A DNA stretch of 64,000 nucleotides from a virus: IMG/VR virus record IMGVR_UViG_3300044655_001596, positions 13,319-77,318 of that record, one strand, 5' to 3'. Every line of letters begins with the position of its first letter. The first letter of the stretch is position 1. A program made the translations under genes and the position numbers. The notes under the pieces were generated by a model. That model saw only the letters and a list, made by a program, of their open reading frames with translations, was not told the DNA's origin and did no database searches. Positions 1 through 10,265 of the stretch are shown piece after piece.

Positions 1-2
1 GC

Positions 3-332
3 GTGTACGCAGGTACCACAGACGGTGCGGGCATGCACTTGAACGAAGAAGCCATACTAGACTACAAACAAACCAACCGGCCCAAAAAGCGCGAGTGGAT
101 CGACGACTACTTTGTACAACTGTGTGCCTATGCAGAAGCGCACAACGAACTACACGGCACACGCATACGCAAAGGCGTGATTTTGATGTGCGTCAAACCT
201 GATCTAGACGAGCAACACAATATTGTTGGCCGGCCGCAGTACCAGGAATTTGTGCTGGAAGGCGCAGAATTTGAAAAATATCGTAACTTGTGGTGGAAAA
301 AGGTTGAACAGTACTACATGCTAAATATGTGA
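3..332 (+). CDS. PD-(D/E)XK exonuclease (Cas4-like), C-terminal part; 5' truncated by window edge
   Basis: AGTTDG...ILDYKQT and YFVQLCAYA motifs typical of phage PD-(D/E)XK exonucleases. Confidence 0.75.
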   Translation: MYAGTTDGAGMHLNEEAILDYKQTNRPKKREWIDDYFVQLCAYAEAHNELHGTRIRKGVILMCVKPDLDEQHNIVGRPQYQEFVLEGAEFEKYRNLWWKKVEQYYMLNM

Positions 333-351
333 TATCCAAAGGACAATCACT

Positions 352-2139
352 GTGGCAATTGTACAAATATCACGAATCACACAACGCAAGGGTTTATTTA
401 ACGATCTACCCGAACCATTAGCCGGCGCAGAACTGGGCTGGGCAACTGACACACGTCAACTTTTTATCGGTAATGGTACCCTGGCAGATGGCGCTCCTAT
501 TATTGGTAACACAGAAGTTCTTACTGAATTTTCTGACATCTTGAACTATGCCACTGAGTATACCTATAAAGGTGAAGCGGCCGGTTACACAGTCCAAACT
601 GGTGCCACAGCAGGTACACCAGTCAGTCAAAGTCTACAAAGCAGACTGGACAGTTATGCTGTGATTACAGACTTCGGTGCCACTGGAGATGGCATCACAG
701 ATGTCACGGCTGACATCAATCGTGCATTGGATCAGATTTTTTGTCAAGACATCAATCCCAGTATCCGCCGCAGTATTTTCTTTCCTGCCGGCACATACAT
801 TATCACAGACACACTGCTGATTCCACCTTACTGTAAACTCTACGGCGAAGGATCTGACAGCACAATCATCAGTTTCAATGTTCAACCCTGGACTTCTACA
901 ATCGCCTATGCTTCGGGTGTGCTGGTAGAAAACAGCGGTCTATACTATAGAAGCATTGCCGCGGTGCCAATTGGCATAGCTATTGGTAATACCACTTATT
1001 GGGGTGTTGAAACACTGCCCGATTATATGTTTAGAACCACAGATAGTCTTCAACAGACCGGTGCAAACATTGGTACCGGTGGTGCATTGCCGCCAGGTCA
1101 TGTAGAAATGTCCAGCATCAAGTTTAAGACCAATGTGCCCACTAGCGGTGCGCTGGTACAGGGTGCAGTGGATTGTGTGTTTGACTGTGTGGCGTTTGAA
1201 GGCAATGGAACTGCGGCCACACTTACCACCGCCACTCTTGCCACAGCTGGTGTGAGTTTTGCTAACCAAGGCAGTTATGTTTGTACCAATATTGTTTGGA
1301 ACAATTGTATTTTTACCAAGATGGCATGGGGAGTTAACACAGACGAAGCAGTGGAAGGCGTAACTGTCAGCAACTGTAGATTTGATACCTTGTTCCAAGG
1401 TGTATATCTTGGAACCATCTCTCCGGGTGTGGGCTATGTTGGACCAACTGGTGTGCGCATAGTACAAAACACATTTGATAATATCTATGCTGAAGGTATC
1501 ATCATTGTGAATTGCAGTCTCAATGCCACTGCCTACAACACGTTCTATGAAGTTGGAAACAGTTTCAATGGTCAGACCAATCCAGTGACTGCCATAATTG
1601 ACCTAGACGCAACCAACAATGTCAGTGTTGGGGATATGTTTGAACGCACAACTCAATACAGCACAGCCTTGCATCCTCGCATAGCACTAAACGACAAAAA
1701 CAATATCGCCCAGGGCATGAATGTCAACAACATCACACTATATCAAGATAATGTAGTAGATCTAACCTTGGCCAATCAGTTGAGTGTGGGCACCTACACT
1801 CGTGTTGCTGGTATCAACGACATTATTAATGACAATGCCGGAGCCAATTTGGTATACGTAGCAGGAACATACTACAGTGGTTTTAAGATGGATTACACAA
1901 TCAATCGAAGCGACTTTCGTAGAACAGGCACATTGACCGCAGTCAAAGGTCAGAGTACAACAGGCACAGGCTTTGTGTACACAGATGACTACTATGAAAA
2001 TGGTGTAACTGGCGTGACACTAACTGCCGCAGCCGATGGCGCTAATGTACTGGTAAGTTATACCGCAACCAGCACCGGGTCAGATGGTGCAATTAATTAT
2101 TCTATCACTAGTCTCGGTTCTCCTACTATTCCTAGTTAA
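352..2139 (+). CDS. virion structural protein with pectate-lyase-like beta-helix
   Basis: N-terminal MAIVQISRITQRKG...LAGAELGW virion-protein motif; DFGATGDGITD and FFPAGTY beta-helix signature; TAAATA box upstream. Confidence 0.7.
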   Translation: MAIVQISRITQRKGLFNDLPEPLAGAELGWATDTRQLFIGNGTLADGAPIIGNTEVLTEFSDILNYATEYTYKGEAAGYTVQTGATAGTPVSQSLQSRLDSYAVITDFGATGDGITDVTADINRALDQIFCQDINPSIRRSIFFPAGTYIITDTLLIPPYCKLYGEGSDSTIISFNVQPWTSTIAYASGVLVENSGLYYRSIAAVPIGIAIGNTTYWGVETLPDYMFRTTDSLQQTGANIGTGGALPPGHVEMSSIKFKTNVPTSGALVQGAVDCVFDCVAFEGNGTAATLTTATLATAGVSFANQGSYVCTNIVWNNCIFTKMAWGVNTDEAVEGVTVSNCRFDTLFQGVYLGTISPGVGYVGPTGVRIVQNTFDNIYAEGIIIVNCSLNATAYNTFYEVGNSFNGQTNPVTAIIDLDATNNVSVGDMFERTTQYSTALHPRIALNDKNNIAQGMNVNNITLYQDNVVDLTLANQLSVGTYTRVAGINDIINDNAGANLVYVAGTYYSGFKMDYTINRSDFRRTGTLTAVKGQSTTGTGFVYTDDYYENGVTGVTLTAAADGANVLVSYTATSTGSDGAINYSITSLGSPTIPS

Positions 2140-2564
2140 TGTGGCCTAAAACCTTTGCCGAAAGGCTTGAGAGTTGGACACAACTCCGTCGACAAGCCTC
2201 CACCGCTGATGCGGAAACAGCACTCAACGCCATCAACTCATGGTGGTTTCAAACTCCCTGGCGAGCATATCATTTGCACTGGGACGATCGAGCCGTTTGG
2301 CCTGATCCCTGGCAATTATTGAGCGACGATCTCTATTGTCCTCTTGCTCGCGGCCTGGGAATACTGTATACTATAACTATGCTGGATCGGCCAGATCTGC
2401 AGGATGCCGTTTTGGTAGAGGTAGATAGCGACAATTTAGTCCTGGTGCATGAAAAGAAATATATACTGAATTGGGACTCGGAGCAGATGTTAAATATCAC
2501 TCTAGGACGTTTCAACTCCCGACACAGCATTACGCAAGAGCAATTAAAACAACAAATTAGGTAA
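2139..2564 (+). CDS. hypothetical protein, possibly transglutaminase-like cysteine-protease fold
   Basis: Coupled to upstream gene; WPDPWQLL..DDLYC pattern loosely resembles BTLCP proteins. Confidence 0.45.
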   Translation: MWPKTFAERLESWTQLRRQASTADAETALNAINSWWFQTPWRAYHLHWDDRAVWPDPWQLLSDDLYCPLARGLGILYTITMLDRPDLQDAVLVEVDSDNLVLVHEKKYILNWDSEQMLNITLGRFNSRHSITQEQLKQQIR

Positions 2565-2566
2565 CA

Positions 2567-4885
2567 ATGAAGCAAATAACAGTACAAAAACGTGACGGAA
2601 CTCGCGAGCCGTTGGCGTTGGAAAAATGGCAAGCGCAAATAGCCAAGGTTTGTGCAGGCATCGCAGATGTGAGCCAATCAATGATTGAGATCAAAGCCCA
2701 GTTGCATTTCTATGATGGCATCACAACCAAAGAAATTGACGGTATCACACTGAGAGCCATAGTGGACCTGATTGACGTAGAATCAAATCCTGACGTTGGG
2801 CATACCAACTATCAGTATGTGGCAGGTAAGCAACGACTATCAATGTTGCGTAAAGATGTATACGGTTCATACGATCCTCCACACCTGTATGAAATTGTCA
2901 AGCGCAACGTGGCTACTGGTCTCTACACTCCTGAACTCTTGGAATGGTATTCAGAAGAAGACTGGAATCGCATGGAAGACATGATCGACCATGTGAAAGA
3001 CGAGCAGTATTCATATGCGGCTGTGGAACAACTGATTGAAAAATATCTTGTGCGTAATCGCTCAACAAAAGAAATTTATGAAACACCACAGGTTCGTTAC
3101 ATGATTGCGGCTGCCACGGTGTTTCACCGAGAAGAACCCAACACAGCTCGTATGCGTTATATCAAGGAGTACTACAATGCAGCTTCTGACGGTCTATTTA
3201 CTCTCGCAACTCCTGTTCTTGCTGGGCTTGGCACTCCCACTAAGCAGTTCAGTAGTTGTGTACTCATTCGCAGTGATGATGATCTTGACTCCATTTTTGC
3301 TAGTGGCGAAATGATGGCCAAGTATGCCAGCAAACGTGCTGGCATTGGTTTGGAGATTGGTCGCTTGCGCCCCTTAGGCTCACCCATACGTGGTGGCGAA
3401 ATCATGCACACCGGTATGATACCATTTTTAAAGAAGTGGTTTGGAGATTTACGCTCATGCTCACAAGGAGGTATCCGCAATGCAAGTGCTACTGTATTCT
3501 ATCCTATTTGGCATCTTCAGTTTGATGATCTTATTGTTCTTAAGAACAACCAAGGAACCGAAGAAACCCGAGTCCGTCATATGGATTATGGGGTTGTGCT
3601 TAGTGCTTTCTTCTGGAGACGATTTAAAAACAAAGAACAAATAACATTCTTTGATCCCAACGAAGTACCTGAACTGTACGAAGCATTCTATGCCAACACC
3701 GAACGCTTTGAAAAACTGTATGTGGAATATGAAAAGCGCCGAGACCTACGTACCAAGGTCATGAGTGCAGAAGAAGTGTTCAAGTCAGGCATACTCAAAG
3801 AGCGCACTGACACTGGCCGCATCTATCTAGTGTTCATTGACAACGTTCAGAATCAAGGTCCGTTTGATACTGAATACCATACCATTTACCAGAGTAACCT
3901 TTGCTGTGAAATTCTCCTACCTACTCGACCATTTAAAAGATTGGATGACGCTGATGGGCGAATCGCCCTCTGTACGCTGGGAAGTATTAACTGGGGTGCA
4001 TTCCGGAATCCTGAAGACATGCGTCGTGCTTGTAGAATTCTGCAGAGATCCTTGTGTAATATTCTTGACTACCAAGACTTCCTGTCAATCCAATCGCAGT
4101 TATCAAATGACGAAATCCAGCCGCTTGGTATCGGTATTACTAACTTGGCTTACTGGCATGCCAAGCGCGGACTCCAATATGGTAACAAGGACTCTTTGGC
4201 CGAAGTCAAGTCGTGGATGGAACATCAGGCTTTCTACCTTACCGAAGCAACAGTTGAACTTGCTAAGGAAAGAGGCCGTTGCAAAGATTCTGACCGCACC
4301 TGGTACGGTAAAGGTATCTTTCCTTGGGAGAGACGTAGCGCCGGGGTAAATGAACTCGCGGACTTTACGCCTGAACTGAACTGGGAAGGCCTACGTGCTG
4401 AAATGCGTAGTTACGGAGTACGCAATGCCACACTGATGGCCATTGCTCCTGTGGAGTCCAGTAGTGTTGTTATCAACTCAACCAACGGCATTGAAATGCC
4501 CATGAGCTTGATTTCAGTTAAAGAATCTAAAGCAGGAAGCCTTACACAGGTTGTGCCCGAGTACCACAAATTGAAAAACAAGTATCAACAGATGTGGGCA
4601 CAAAAAGACTGTGATGGTTATTTGAAAACAGCGGCGGTGTTGGCGGCCTATGTGGATCAGTCAATCTCAACAAATACGTTCTACAATCCAGCACATTTCC
4701 CAGATCGCAAAGTCCCTACAACATTGATTGCCAAGAACTTGATGCAGGCACACTACTGGGGCCTGAAAACATTCTACTACAGCCTGATCAACAAAGCCGG
4801 ATCAAAACAAACTGCCGAAGCGGCCCCTCTTGAAATCATCGACTTTGATCTCGAGGGCGAAGACTGCGAAGCCTGCAAGTTATGA
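2567..4885 (+). CDS. nrdA: ribonucleotide reductase class Ia alpha subunit
   Basis: ATP cone (VQKRDG), TPTKQFSSC, SNLCCEI, LKTFYY, C-terminal CEACKL. Confidence 0.98.
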   Translation: MKQITVQKRDGTREPLALEKWQAQIAKVCAGIADVSQSMIEIKAQLHFYDGITTKEIDGITLRAIVDLIDVESNPDVGHTNYQYVAGKQRLSMLRKDVYGSYDPPHLYEIVKRNVATGLYTPELLEWYSEEDWNRMEDMIDHVKDEQYSYAAVEQLIEKYLVRNRSTKEIYETPQVRYMIAAATVFHREEPNTARMRYIKEYYNAASDGLFTLATPVLAGLGTPTKQFSSCVLIRSDDDLDSIFASGEMMAKYASKRAGIGLEIGRLRPLGSPIRGGEIMHTGMIPFLKKWFGDLRSCSQGGIRNASATVFYPIWHLQFDDLIVLKNNQGTEETRVRHMDYGVVLSAFFWRRFKNKEQITFFDPNEVPELYEAFYANTERFEKLYVEYEKRRDLRTKVMSAEEVFKSGILKERTDTGRIYLVFIDNVQNQGPFDTEYHTIYQSNLCCEILLPTRPFKRLDDADGRIALCTLGSINWGAFRNPEDMRRACRILQRSLCNILDYQDFLSIQSQLSNDEIQPLGIGITNLAYWHAKRGLQYGNKDSLAEVKSWMEHQAFYLTEATVELAKERGRCKDSDRTWYGKGIFPWERRSAGVNELADFTPELNWEGLRAEMRSYGVRNATLMAIAPVESSSVVINSTNGIEMPMSLISVKESKAGSLTQVVPEYHKLKNKYQQMWAQKDCDGYLKTAAVLAAYVDQSISTNTFYNPAHFPDRKVPTTLIAKNLMQAHYWGLKTFYYSLINKAGSKQTAEAAPLEIIDFDLEGEDCEACKL

Positions 4886-5073
4886 ACAGCATAGAAAAGA
4901 TCTGGGCCCGGGCCACTGGGCATGTAATGGGCGAGAGTGATCATGACCGCCCGGATGTGCCTATACTGACACTACGAGAAGCCCGAATGGCCTTGTTTTT
5001 CAAAACGTTTTGGGTTATAATACATGTTGTAACCTGTGGTTTTATTATAGCCAACACAATTAGACACTGGTAA
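4882..5073 (+). CDS. small membrane hypothetical protein
   Basis: ATGA overlap with nrdA; one hydrophobic helix. Confidence 0.6.
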   Translation: MNSIEKIWARATGHVMGESDHDRPDVPILTLREARMALFFKTFWVIIHVVTCGFIIANTIRHW

Positions 5074-5080
5074 TTACACA

Positions 5081-6181
5081 ATGAGTAGAGCACAATACAA
5101 TTTAAAAACAAAAACAGACTATCTTAGTCGCAAGATGTTCCTAGATCCAGCAGGTCCTGTAACAGTACAACGATTTGAAGAAGTCAAGTACAACAAACTG
5201 GTCAAGTACGAGCAAGAAGCACGTGGCTTCTTTTGGGTTCCAGAAGAAATCTCTTTGACCAAAGACGCACAAGACTTCAAAGATGCGTCAGACACAGTCA
5301 AGCATATCTTTACATCAAACTTGTTACGCCAAACAGCACTAGACAGTTTGCAAGGACGTGGTCCCAGTCAAATCTTTACACCTGTTGTGAGTATTCCCGA
5401 ACTGGAAGCCTTGGTCTACAACTGGACATTCTTTGAAACCAACATTCATTCACGTAGCTACAGTCACATCATTCGCAACATTTACAATGTGCCCAAGGAT
5501 GTGTTCAACACTATTCATGACACACAAGAGATTGTGGACATGGCGTCTAGTGTTGGCAACTACTATGACAAGCTACATTTGATTAATTGTGTTGTAGAAA
5601 CCGGCGAAAAGATTGACGAAGAAAAACATATCAAAGCAATTTGGATGGCACTGAACGCAAGTTATGCCCTGGAAGCATTCCGATTCATGGTATCATTTGC
5701 TACCAGCTTGGCCATGGTAGAGAATCGTATCTTCATTGGCAATGGCAACATTATTCAGTTGATCTTGCAAGACGAAATGCTACACAAAGAGTGGACAGGT
5801 TGGTTGATCAATCAGGTGGTCAAAGAAGACCCACGCTTTGCTGCTGTCAAGGCCGAGTGCGAAGGCGAAGTATACCAAATGTACCTGGATGTGATCCGTG
5901 AAGAAAAAGCCTGGGCTGATTACTTGTTTAACAAAGGACCAGTGATTGGTCTTAATGCAAACATTCTCAAGGACTTTGTGGATTTTACAGCCGCAGCAGC
6001 TCTCAAAGAAATTGGAGTCAAGTACACCGAGCCGGCACCACGTAGTACACCTATTCCTTGGTTTACCAAGCACGTGGACACCAGCAAGAAACAAACTGCT
6101 CTCCAGGAAAACGAATCGACTAACTATGTGATTGGAGTCATGAGTGATTCGATTGATTACGAGGAGTTACCGGATCTATGA
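5081..6181 (+). CDS. nrdB: ribonucleotide reductase class Ia beta subunit
   Basis: FFWVPEE, ETNIHSRSY, DEMLH di-iron motifs; QENESTNY tail. Confidence 0.98.
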   Translation: MSRAQYNLKTKTDYLSRKMFLDPAGPVTVQRFEEVKYNKLVKYEQEARGFFWVPEEISLTKDAQDFKDASDTVKHIFTSNLLRQTALDSLQGRGPSQIFTPVVSIPELEALVYNWTFFETNIHSRSYSHIIRNIYNVPKDVFNTIHDTQEIVDMASSVGNYYDKLHLINCVVETGEKIDEEKHIKAIWMALNASYALEAFRFMVSFATSLAMVENRIFIGNGNIIQLILQDEMLHKEWTGWLINQVVKEDPRFAAVKAECEGEVYQMYLDVIREEKAWADYLFNKGPVIGLNANILKDFVDFTAAAALKEIGVKYTEPAPRSTPIPWFTKHVDTSKKQTALQENESTNYVIGVMSDSIDYEELPDL

Positions 6182-6642
6182 GAAATTTTATCAACATAAT
6201 AGAAAATGCACAGGGCATCACCGACGCTTGGTTCGCTGATGGGTTCGCCACTTTTAAAAATCCAGATAAAATTGAAAAATATGAGATTGCACAAAAACCT
6301 GGAGAGCTGACTCATCTTGAAAATCCAGACCCTGTGCCCTACCAACCTGGTGATTACATTATGACAGGTCCCAACGACGAACAGTATGTGCTGAGTCCCG
6401 CCAAATTCAACAGCCTCAAAGACGATCTAGGTGATGGTCGTTGCCAACCAAAGAAAATTCCAAAGGTTGCAAAACTAGCCGATCATGATGGCTTTGTCAC
6501 TGTGGATTGGGGTAGTGGTCCGCAAAAATTATTTTACACTGCTGGCAATGACTATATTGTCAAGCACGGCCCTAGCGACTATGGTGTTGTTAAGACAGAT
6601 ATCTTTGCCAAGACCTACGATAAATCACAAGAAGGAAAATAA
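6178..6642 (+). CDS. PGDYG-like domain protein with N-terminal MRNFINIIE leader
   Basis: Two internal repeats (PGDYIM / GNDYIV...DIFAKTY). Confidence 0.6.
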   Translation: MRNFINIIENAQGITDAWFADGFATFKNPDKIEKYEIAQKPGELTHLENPDPVPYQPGDYIMTGPNDEQYVLSPAKFNSLKDDLGDGRCQPKKIPKVAKLADHDGFVTVDWGSGPQKLFYTAGNDYIVKHGPSDYGVVKTDIFAKTYDKSQEGK

Positions 6643-6643
6643 A

Positions 6644-6865
6644 ATGAAAGCAATTGTATGGAGCAAATACCACTGCCCTTACTGTGACCAAGCCAAGGCC
6701 TTGCTCACACAGAAGGGTATAGAATTTGAAGAAAAGAAAATTGGTGACGGATACACCAAAGAAGATCTATTAGAAGCAGTTCCAAATGCTCGCACCGTGC
6801 CACAGATATTTCTTGGCGAAGAGCTAGTGGGAGGCTTCAATGAGCTCAAACAAAAACTTGCCTGA
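6644..6865 (+). CDS. glutaredoxin
   Basis: CPYC active site, TVPQIF, GGF; start corrected to ATG 6644 after GAAGGA RBS. Confidence 0.95.
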   Translation: MKAIVWSKYHCPYCDQAKALLTQKGIEFEEKKIGDGYTKEDLLEAVPNARTVPQIFLGEELVGGFNELKQKLA

Positions 6866-7511
6866 CCTAGACAACATCACAATAGACTGGTTCAAGGAAA
6901 ATATCCCAGACTTTGAAACCAAACATTTTTTCACAGCCGACTGGTTTTCAAACGCTGTTGTAAATTTTGAGTTTGTTAAGGCGCATGCAGATCAAAAGCT
7001 ATCGGCAATACTAGAAATTGGTTCACATGAAGGTCGCAGTGCCTGTTGGATGCTGGAAAACTTGCTGGCAGAAGACGGCACAATTACTTGTATAGATCCT
7101 TTTGGTAACCTACCATTGAATGCCTATACCAATGATGATTTGCCCGAGCACCTGATCATTCGAGACATACACAAACACAATACAGATTTAGCAAAGTTGC
7201 CCACACAGTCAGTTGAGGTCATGCCTGTCATGAGTTATCATGGTCTAGCACAATTGATTGTGGACCGTCGCGAGTTTGACCTTATATATGTAGATGGCAG
7301 TCATTGTTCAGATGCTGTGTTGGCAGATGCCACTATGGCGTTTGGCTTGCTCAAGACCGGCGGGTTCATGATCTTTGATGACTACTTGTGGAACGAATCC
7401 CCGGATGTGTTGGACCATCCTAAAATGTCCATTGATGCTTTTGTTAATATGTTTAGAAAGCATATTGCCATTGGCATGATCAATTATCAATACGTTATAC
7501 AGAAAGTTTAA
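6840..7511 (+). CDS. class I SAM-dependent methyltransferase (Methyltransf_24-like)
   Basis: LEIGSHEGRS, YVDGSH, GGFMIFDDY motifs. Confidence 0.85.
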   Translation: MSSNKNLPDLDNITIDWFKENIPDFETKHFFTADWFSNAVVNFEFVKAHADQKLSAILEIGSHEGRSACWMLENLLAEDGTITCIDPFGNLPLNAYTNDDLPEHLIIRDIHKHNTDLAKLPTQSVEVMPVMSYHGLAQLIVDRREFDLIYVDGSHCSDAVLADATMAFGLLKTGGFMIFDDYLWNESPDVLDHPKMSIDAFVNMFRKHIAIGMINYQYVIQKV

Positions 7512-7512
7512 A

Positions 7513-7818
7513 ATGCAACTAATCGCAACCCCAGGTCAAGTTTACACCTTTAAGTTAAACTCAGGAGAAGAACTCATTGCCAAAGTCAAACAGGCCGGTG
7601 GGGACTGGATTGAAATTACTGATCCAGTTAGTGTGGCTCCGGGTCCACAGGGCATGGGCTTGGTACCCTCAATGTTTACCGCTGATCCTGGCGCAGAAAT
7701 CAAGCTAAATACTGCCAGCGTAGCAATTTACGCATTGACAGATGACCCTGTCAAGATGAAATATATTGAAGCCACAACTGGCATCAAAGTGCCAGAGAAA
7801 AAACTAATACTAGGATAA
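7513..7818 (+). CDS. conserved T4-like phage protein (Sm-like fold)
   Basis: FKLNSGEELIAK start and YIEATTGI end typical of this phage family. Confidence 0.6.
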   Translation: MQLIATPGQVYTFKLNSGEELIAKVKQAGGDWIEITDPVSVAPGPQGMGLVPSMFTADPGAEIKLNTASVAIYALTDDPVKMKYIEATTGIKVPEKKLILG

Positions 7819-7819
7819 T

Positions 7820-8101
7820 ATGCCAGCAGTACAGAGAGTAGGTGATGCAAACGGAGCCGGTGGGGTAGCCCAGGGCGGTGTTGCCTCTGTGCGTGTGAAC
7901 GGACAACCTATCATTGTGAATGGTAACTCAGTAACTGCTCATGCACCCTGGGGCCGACCACACCCGCCCCATTCAGCAGCAACTACCACAGGTGGCAACG
8001 GCACAGTCAGAGCTGGCGGCGTACCTGTGGTCACAACTGGATGTGCTGACACCTGCGGACATGCTCGTGCTGGCGGTTCCGGTGATGTAAGGGCAGGATA
8101 A
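7820..8101 (+). CDS. PAAR-domain baseplate spike tip protein
   Basis: MPAVQRVGD, SVRVNG, H..PH, TCGH...GSGDV. Confidence 0.9.
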   Translation: MPAVQRVGDANGAGGVAQGGVASVRVNGQPIIVNGNSVTAHAPWGRPHPPHSAATTTGGNGTVRAGGVPVVTTGCADTCGHARAGGSGDVRAG

Positions 8102-10167
8102 TGCCTAGCGTACTAACACCACTGCAATTGACCGTTGCGGCATCCATGTTGAACAACACTGGATTAAAAGGATTTCCGTCGGCATTGCAAACTGCCATTG
8201 CCGCATTCAATGCCACCACAGTGATTGGCAATTTTATTGCCGCAGTTAATTTTTATAAATCTCAGTCATTTGCCACCGAATCAACCTTGACCAGTTTGTT
8301 GAGCATTGGCAGTACTGTGTGTCCAGCCTTGGGCAACAGCATACCTGCCAGTCCAGTGGGTACCTACACTTATCTCAACAGAGAATACTTGATCAATTAT
8401 CTTGGTGCCGTGGACGGCTCAACCATTGATCCATCGGGATTTTCCAACTTGATTGAGCAAACCTGTGCGGCTTATCTGGGCAACGGGGACTATGGCCGAT
8501 TCAGCCAAGGATTTGTGGCTGTGCAAGGATACATTGCCAGCACCAATGAATACATCAATTCAGCAGTGAATGCCAATCAATTTCTTGGACCAACCTTTAC
8601 CAACATGGATTCCTTGACCACTGCAGGAATCAGTGGTGCAAACAGCGACCTTGAAAAATTTGGTGTGGACTTGGCCAAGCAAGGTAATCTTGTGAATCTT
8701 CAAAACCTTGATCTTTACGGCACTCCTGCTGGACTTGTACAACAGATATCTCGCCTGGCTGGAGTCAACAGACAAGCTGTGCCTGCTGTTCAGTTGGCCA
8801 TGAATGCGGTGGGACTCACAGACAGCGACATTGAAAACATTGTGACTGACAATCGTGTGGGAATCAATCGACCCAATGGACTGAGTCAAAACGAATTTGA
8901 CCGCATACAAAAACTTGCCTACACAGCATTGTCATCAGTATCGGGCGACGACCTAGATCAAATTTTGTCAATCTTGGACGTGACCACTCCCAATATAACC
9001 AGCCTGGATCAATTGTTGGATCCTACCAAGGTGTTTCCGTTGAGTTATCCCACCATGCTGACTCCCACACCTGCGGGCGCGGTGCCTATATTTGGCAACG
9101 ACGGTAGTGTGAATTCCAGTGTCACACCCATTGTCAACTCATATCTACCCACAGCATCGGGTTGTGACGAACTGGGCAAAATTATTCCACCTGCTGATGC
9201 AGTGGCCAACAAGGCCATTGAAGTGGCCTTGAAACAAATCAACAACATTGGCACAACTACACTGCCCGAATTGGCCAACACAATACTTGGCTCTGTTGAC
9301 CAAGAGTGGGATCCAACGCAAGAATATCTAGCCAATGATGTGGTCAGCGTGGGTTCGCCTGTGCCCACATTTTATCGAGCCAAATCACCAGGCTGTACTC
9401 CGGGCAATTTTGTAGTTCCGCCAGGAGTGGACATTACAAACAGCAACTACTGGTCAGAAACCTCACTGGGCGGTCTCAGTACCATGGCTGATCTGCCGCT
9501 GATTCAACAACAGACCACACCAGTACCGGCCAGCGTGGCTGCATTTTTTGCAACCGAAGTGGCCACAGGCACAGGGCCATGCGGAGTACTCACCACCTAT
9601 GATGTGCTGGGCTTGGCACTAGACAGCAATGACTTTGCCGCACGGCTTACTGACGTCGCTGATATTATTGACGGGCTTGGTACTGGCCTAGATGATTTAT
9701 CTCAAATCTACATTGACATGTTGAGTTCGGCAAATGATGCCGCTATGATAACACTCATTGCTAATGCCAATGCAGAAATAGCAAGTATTAATTCGGTGCA
9801 TCCGCCTCAAGTGGCGACAATGAACACAGCCTGGACCTACATGGCCAACTTGATGAATTTAAGCGCCAAGTATACCAGCCAAGCCGGAGTTGATTATTTC
9901 TTGTTGCAAGCAGGCGATGCAAACAGCACCAAGAGTTTTGTGCAAAATTTGGCCTACTATGGTCGTCTCACTGCCCAAGGTGATGCTGCTGAGTTTTTGG
10001 AAAACCTAGCAGACACCACAACACTAGGCGGCCAGGCCATCATTGGTGCCATGAGAGAAGGCCGCAATCAGGAACGGTTGAATGCCAGAGGCTTGTACAA
10101 TAACACTCAGGTACCTAGTGATGCAGTGGTGGCACCAATTCCGGTAATACTCCCAGTTAACACATAA
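8101..10167 (+). CDS. large probable virion/baseplate-associated protein
   Basis: 688 aa, coupled to PAAR gene, Thr/Asn/Ala-rich; MREGRN motif near C-terminus. Confidence 0.55.
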   Translation: MPSVLTPLQLTVAASMLNNTGLKGFPSALQTAIAAFNATTVIGNFIAAVNFYKSQSFATESTLTSLLSIGSTVCPALGNSIPASPVGTYTYLNREYLINYLGAVDGSTIDPSGFSNLIEQTCAAYLGNGDYGRFSQGFVAVQGYIASTNEYINSAVNANQFLGPTFTNMDSLTTAGISGANSDLEKFGVDLAKQGNLVNLQNLDLYGTPAGLVQQISRLAGVNRQAVPAVQLAMNAVGLTDSDIENIVTDNRVGINRPNGLSQNEFDRIQKLAYTALSSVSGDDLDQILSILDVTTPNITSLDQLLDPTKVFPLSYPTMLTPTPAGAVPIFGNDGSVNSSVTPIVNSYLPTASGCDELGKIIPPADAVANKAIEVALKQINNIGTTTLPELANTILGSVDQEWDPTQEYLANDVVSVGSPVPTFYRAKSPGCTPGNFVVPPGVDITNSNYWSETSLGGLSTMADLPLIQQQTTPVPASVAAFFATEVATGTGPCGVLTTYDVLGLALDSNDFAARLTDVADIIDGLGTGLDDLSQIYIDMLSSANDAAMITLIANANAEIASINSVHPPQVATMNTAWTYMANLMNLSAKYTSQAGVDYFLLQAGDANSTKSFVQNLAYYGRLTAQGDAAEFLENLADTTTLGGQAIIGAMREGRNQERLNARGLYNNTQVPSDAVVAPIPVILPVNT

Positions 10168-10194
10168 AACGGCTACTTTGAGGTTGATTTTGTG

Positions 10195-10227
10195 TTGACT
10201 TAGTACAAACACTGCTATATAATACAG
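10195..10227 (+). promoter_or_regulatory. sigma70 promoter of porin gene overlapped by a LexA-like box
   Basis: TTGACT-17-TATAAT; CTGCTATATAATACAG (CTG-N10-CAG) at 10212-10227. Confidence 0.6.
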
Positions 10228-10265
10228 ATTGACTTATGTCATTCTACTTTTAAAAGGAAAAACTA

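Noticed and set aside
3-332. Cas4 as part of a CRISPR-Cas locus
   Set aside because: No cas genes or array nearby; solo Cas4-like exonucleases are common in T4-like phages
2567-6181. Intein or intron in nrdA/nrdB
   Set aside because: Both ORFs are continuous and of normal length with no Hint or homing-nuclease insert
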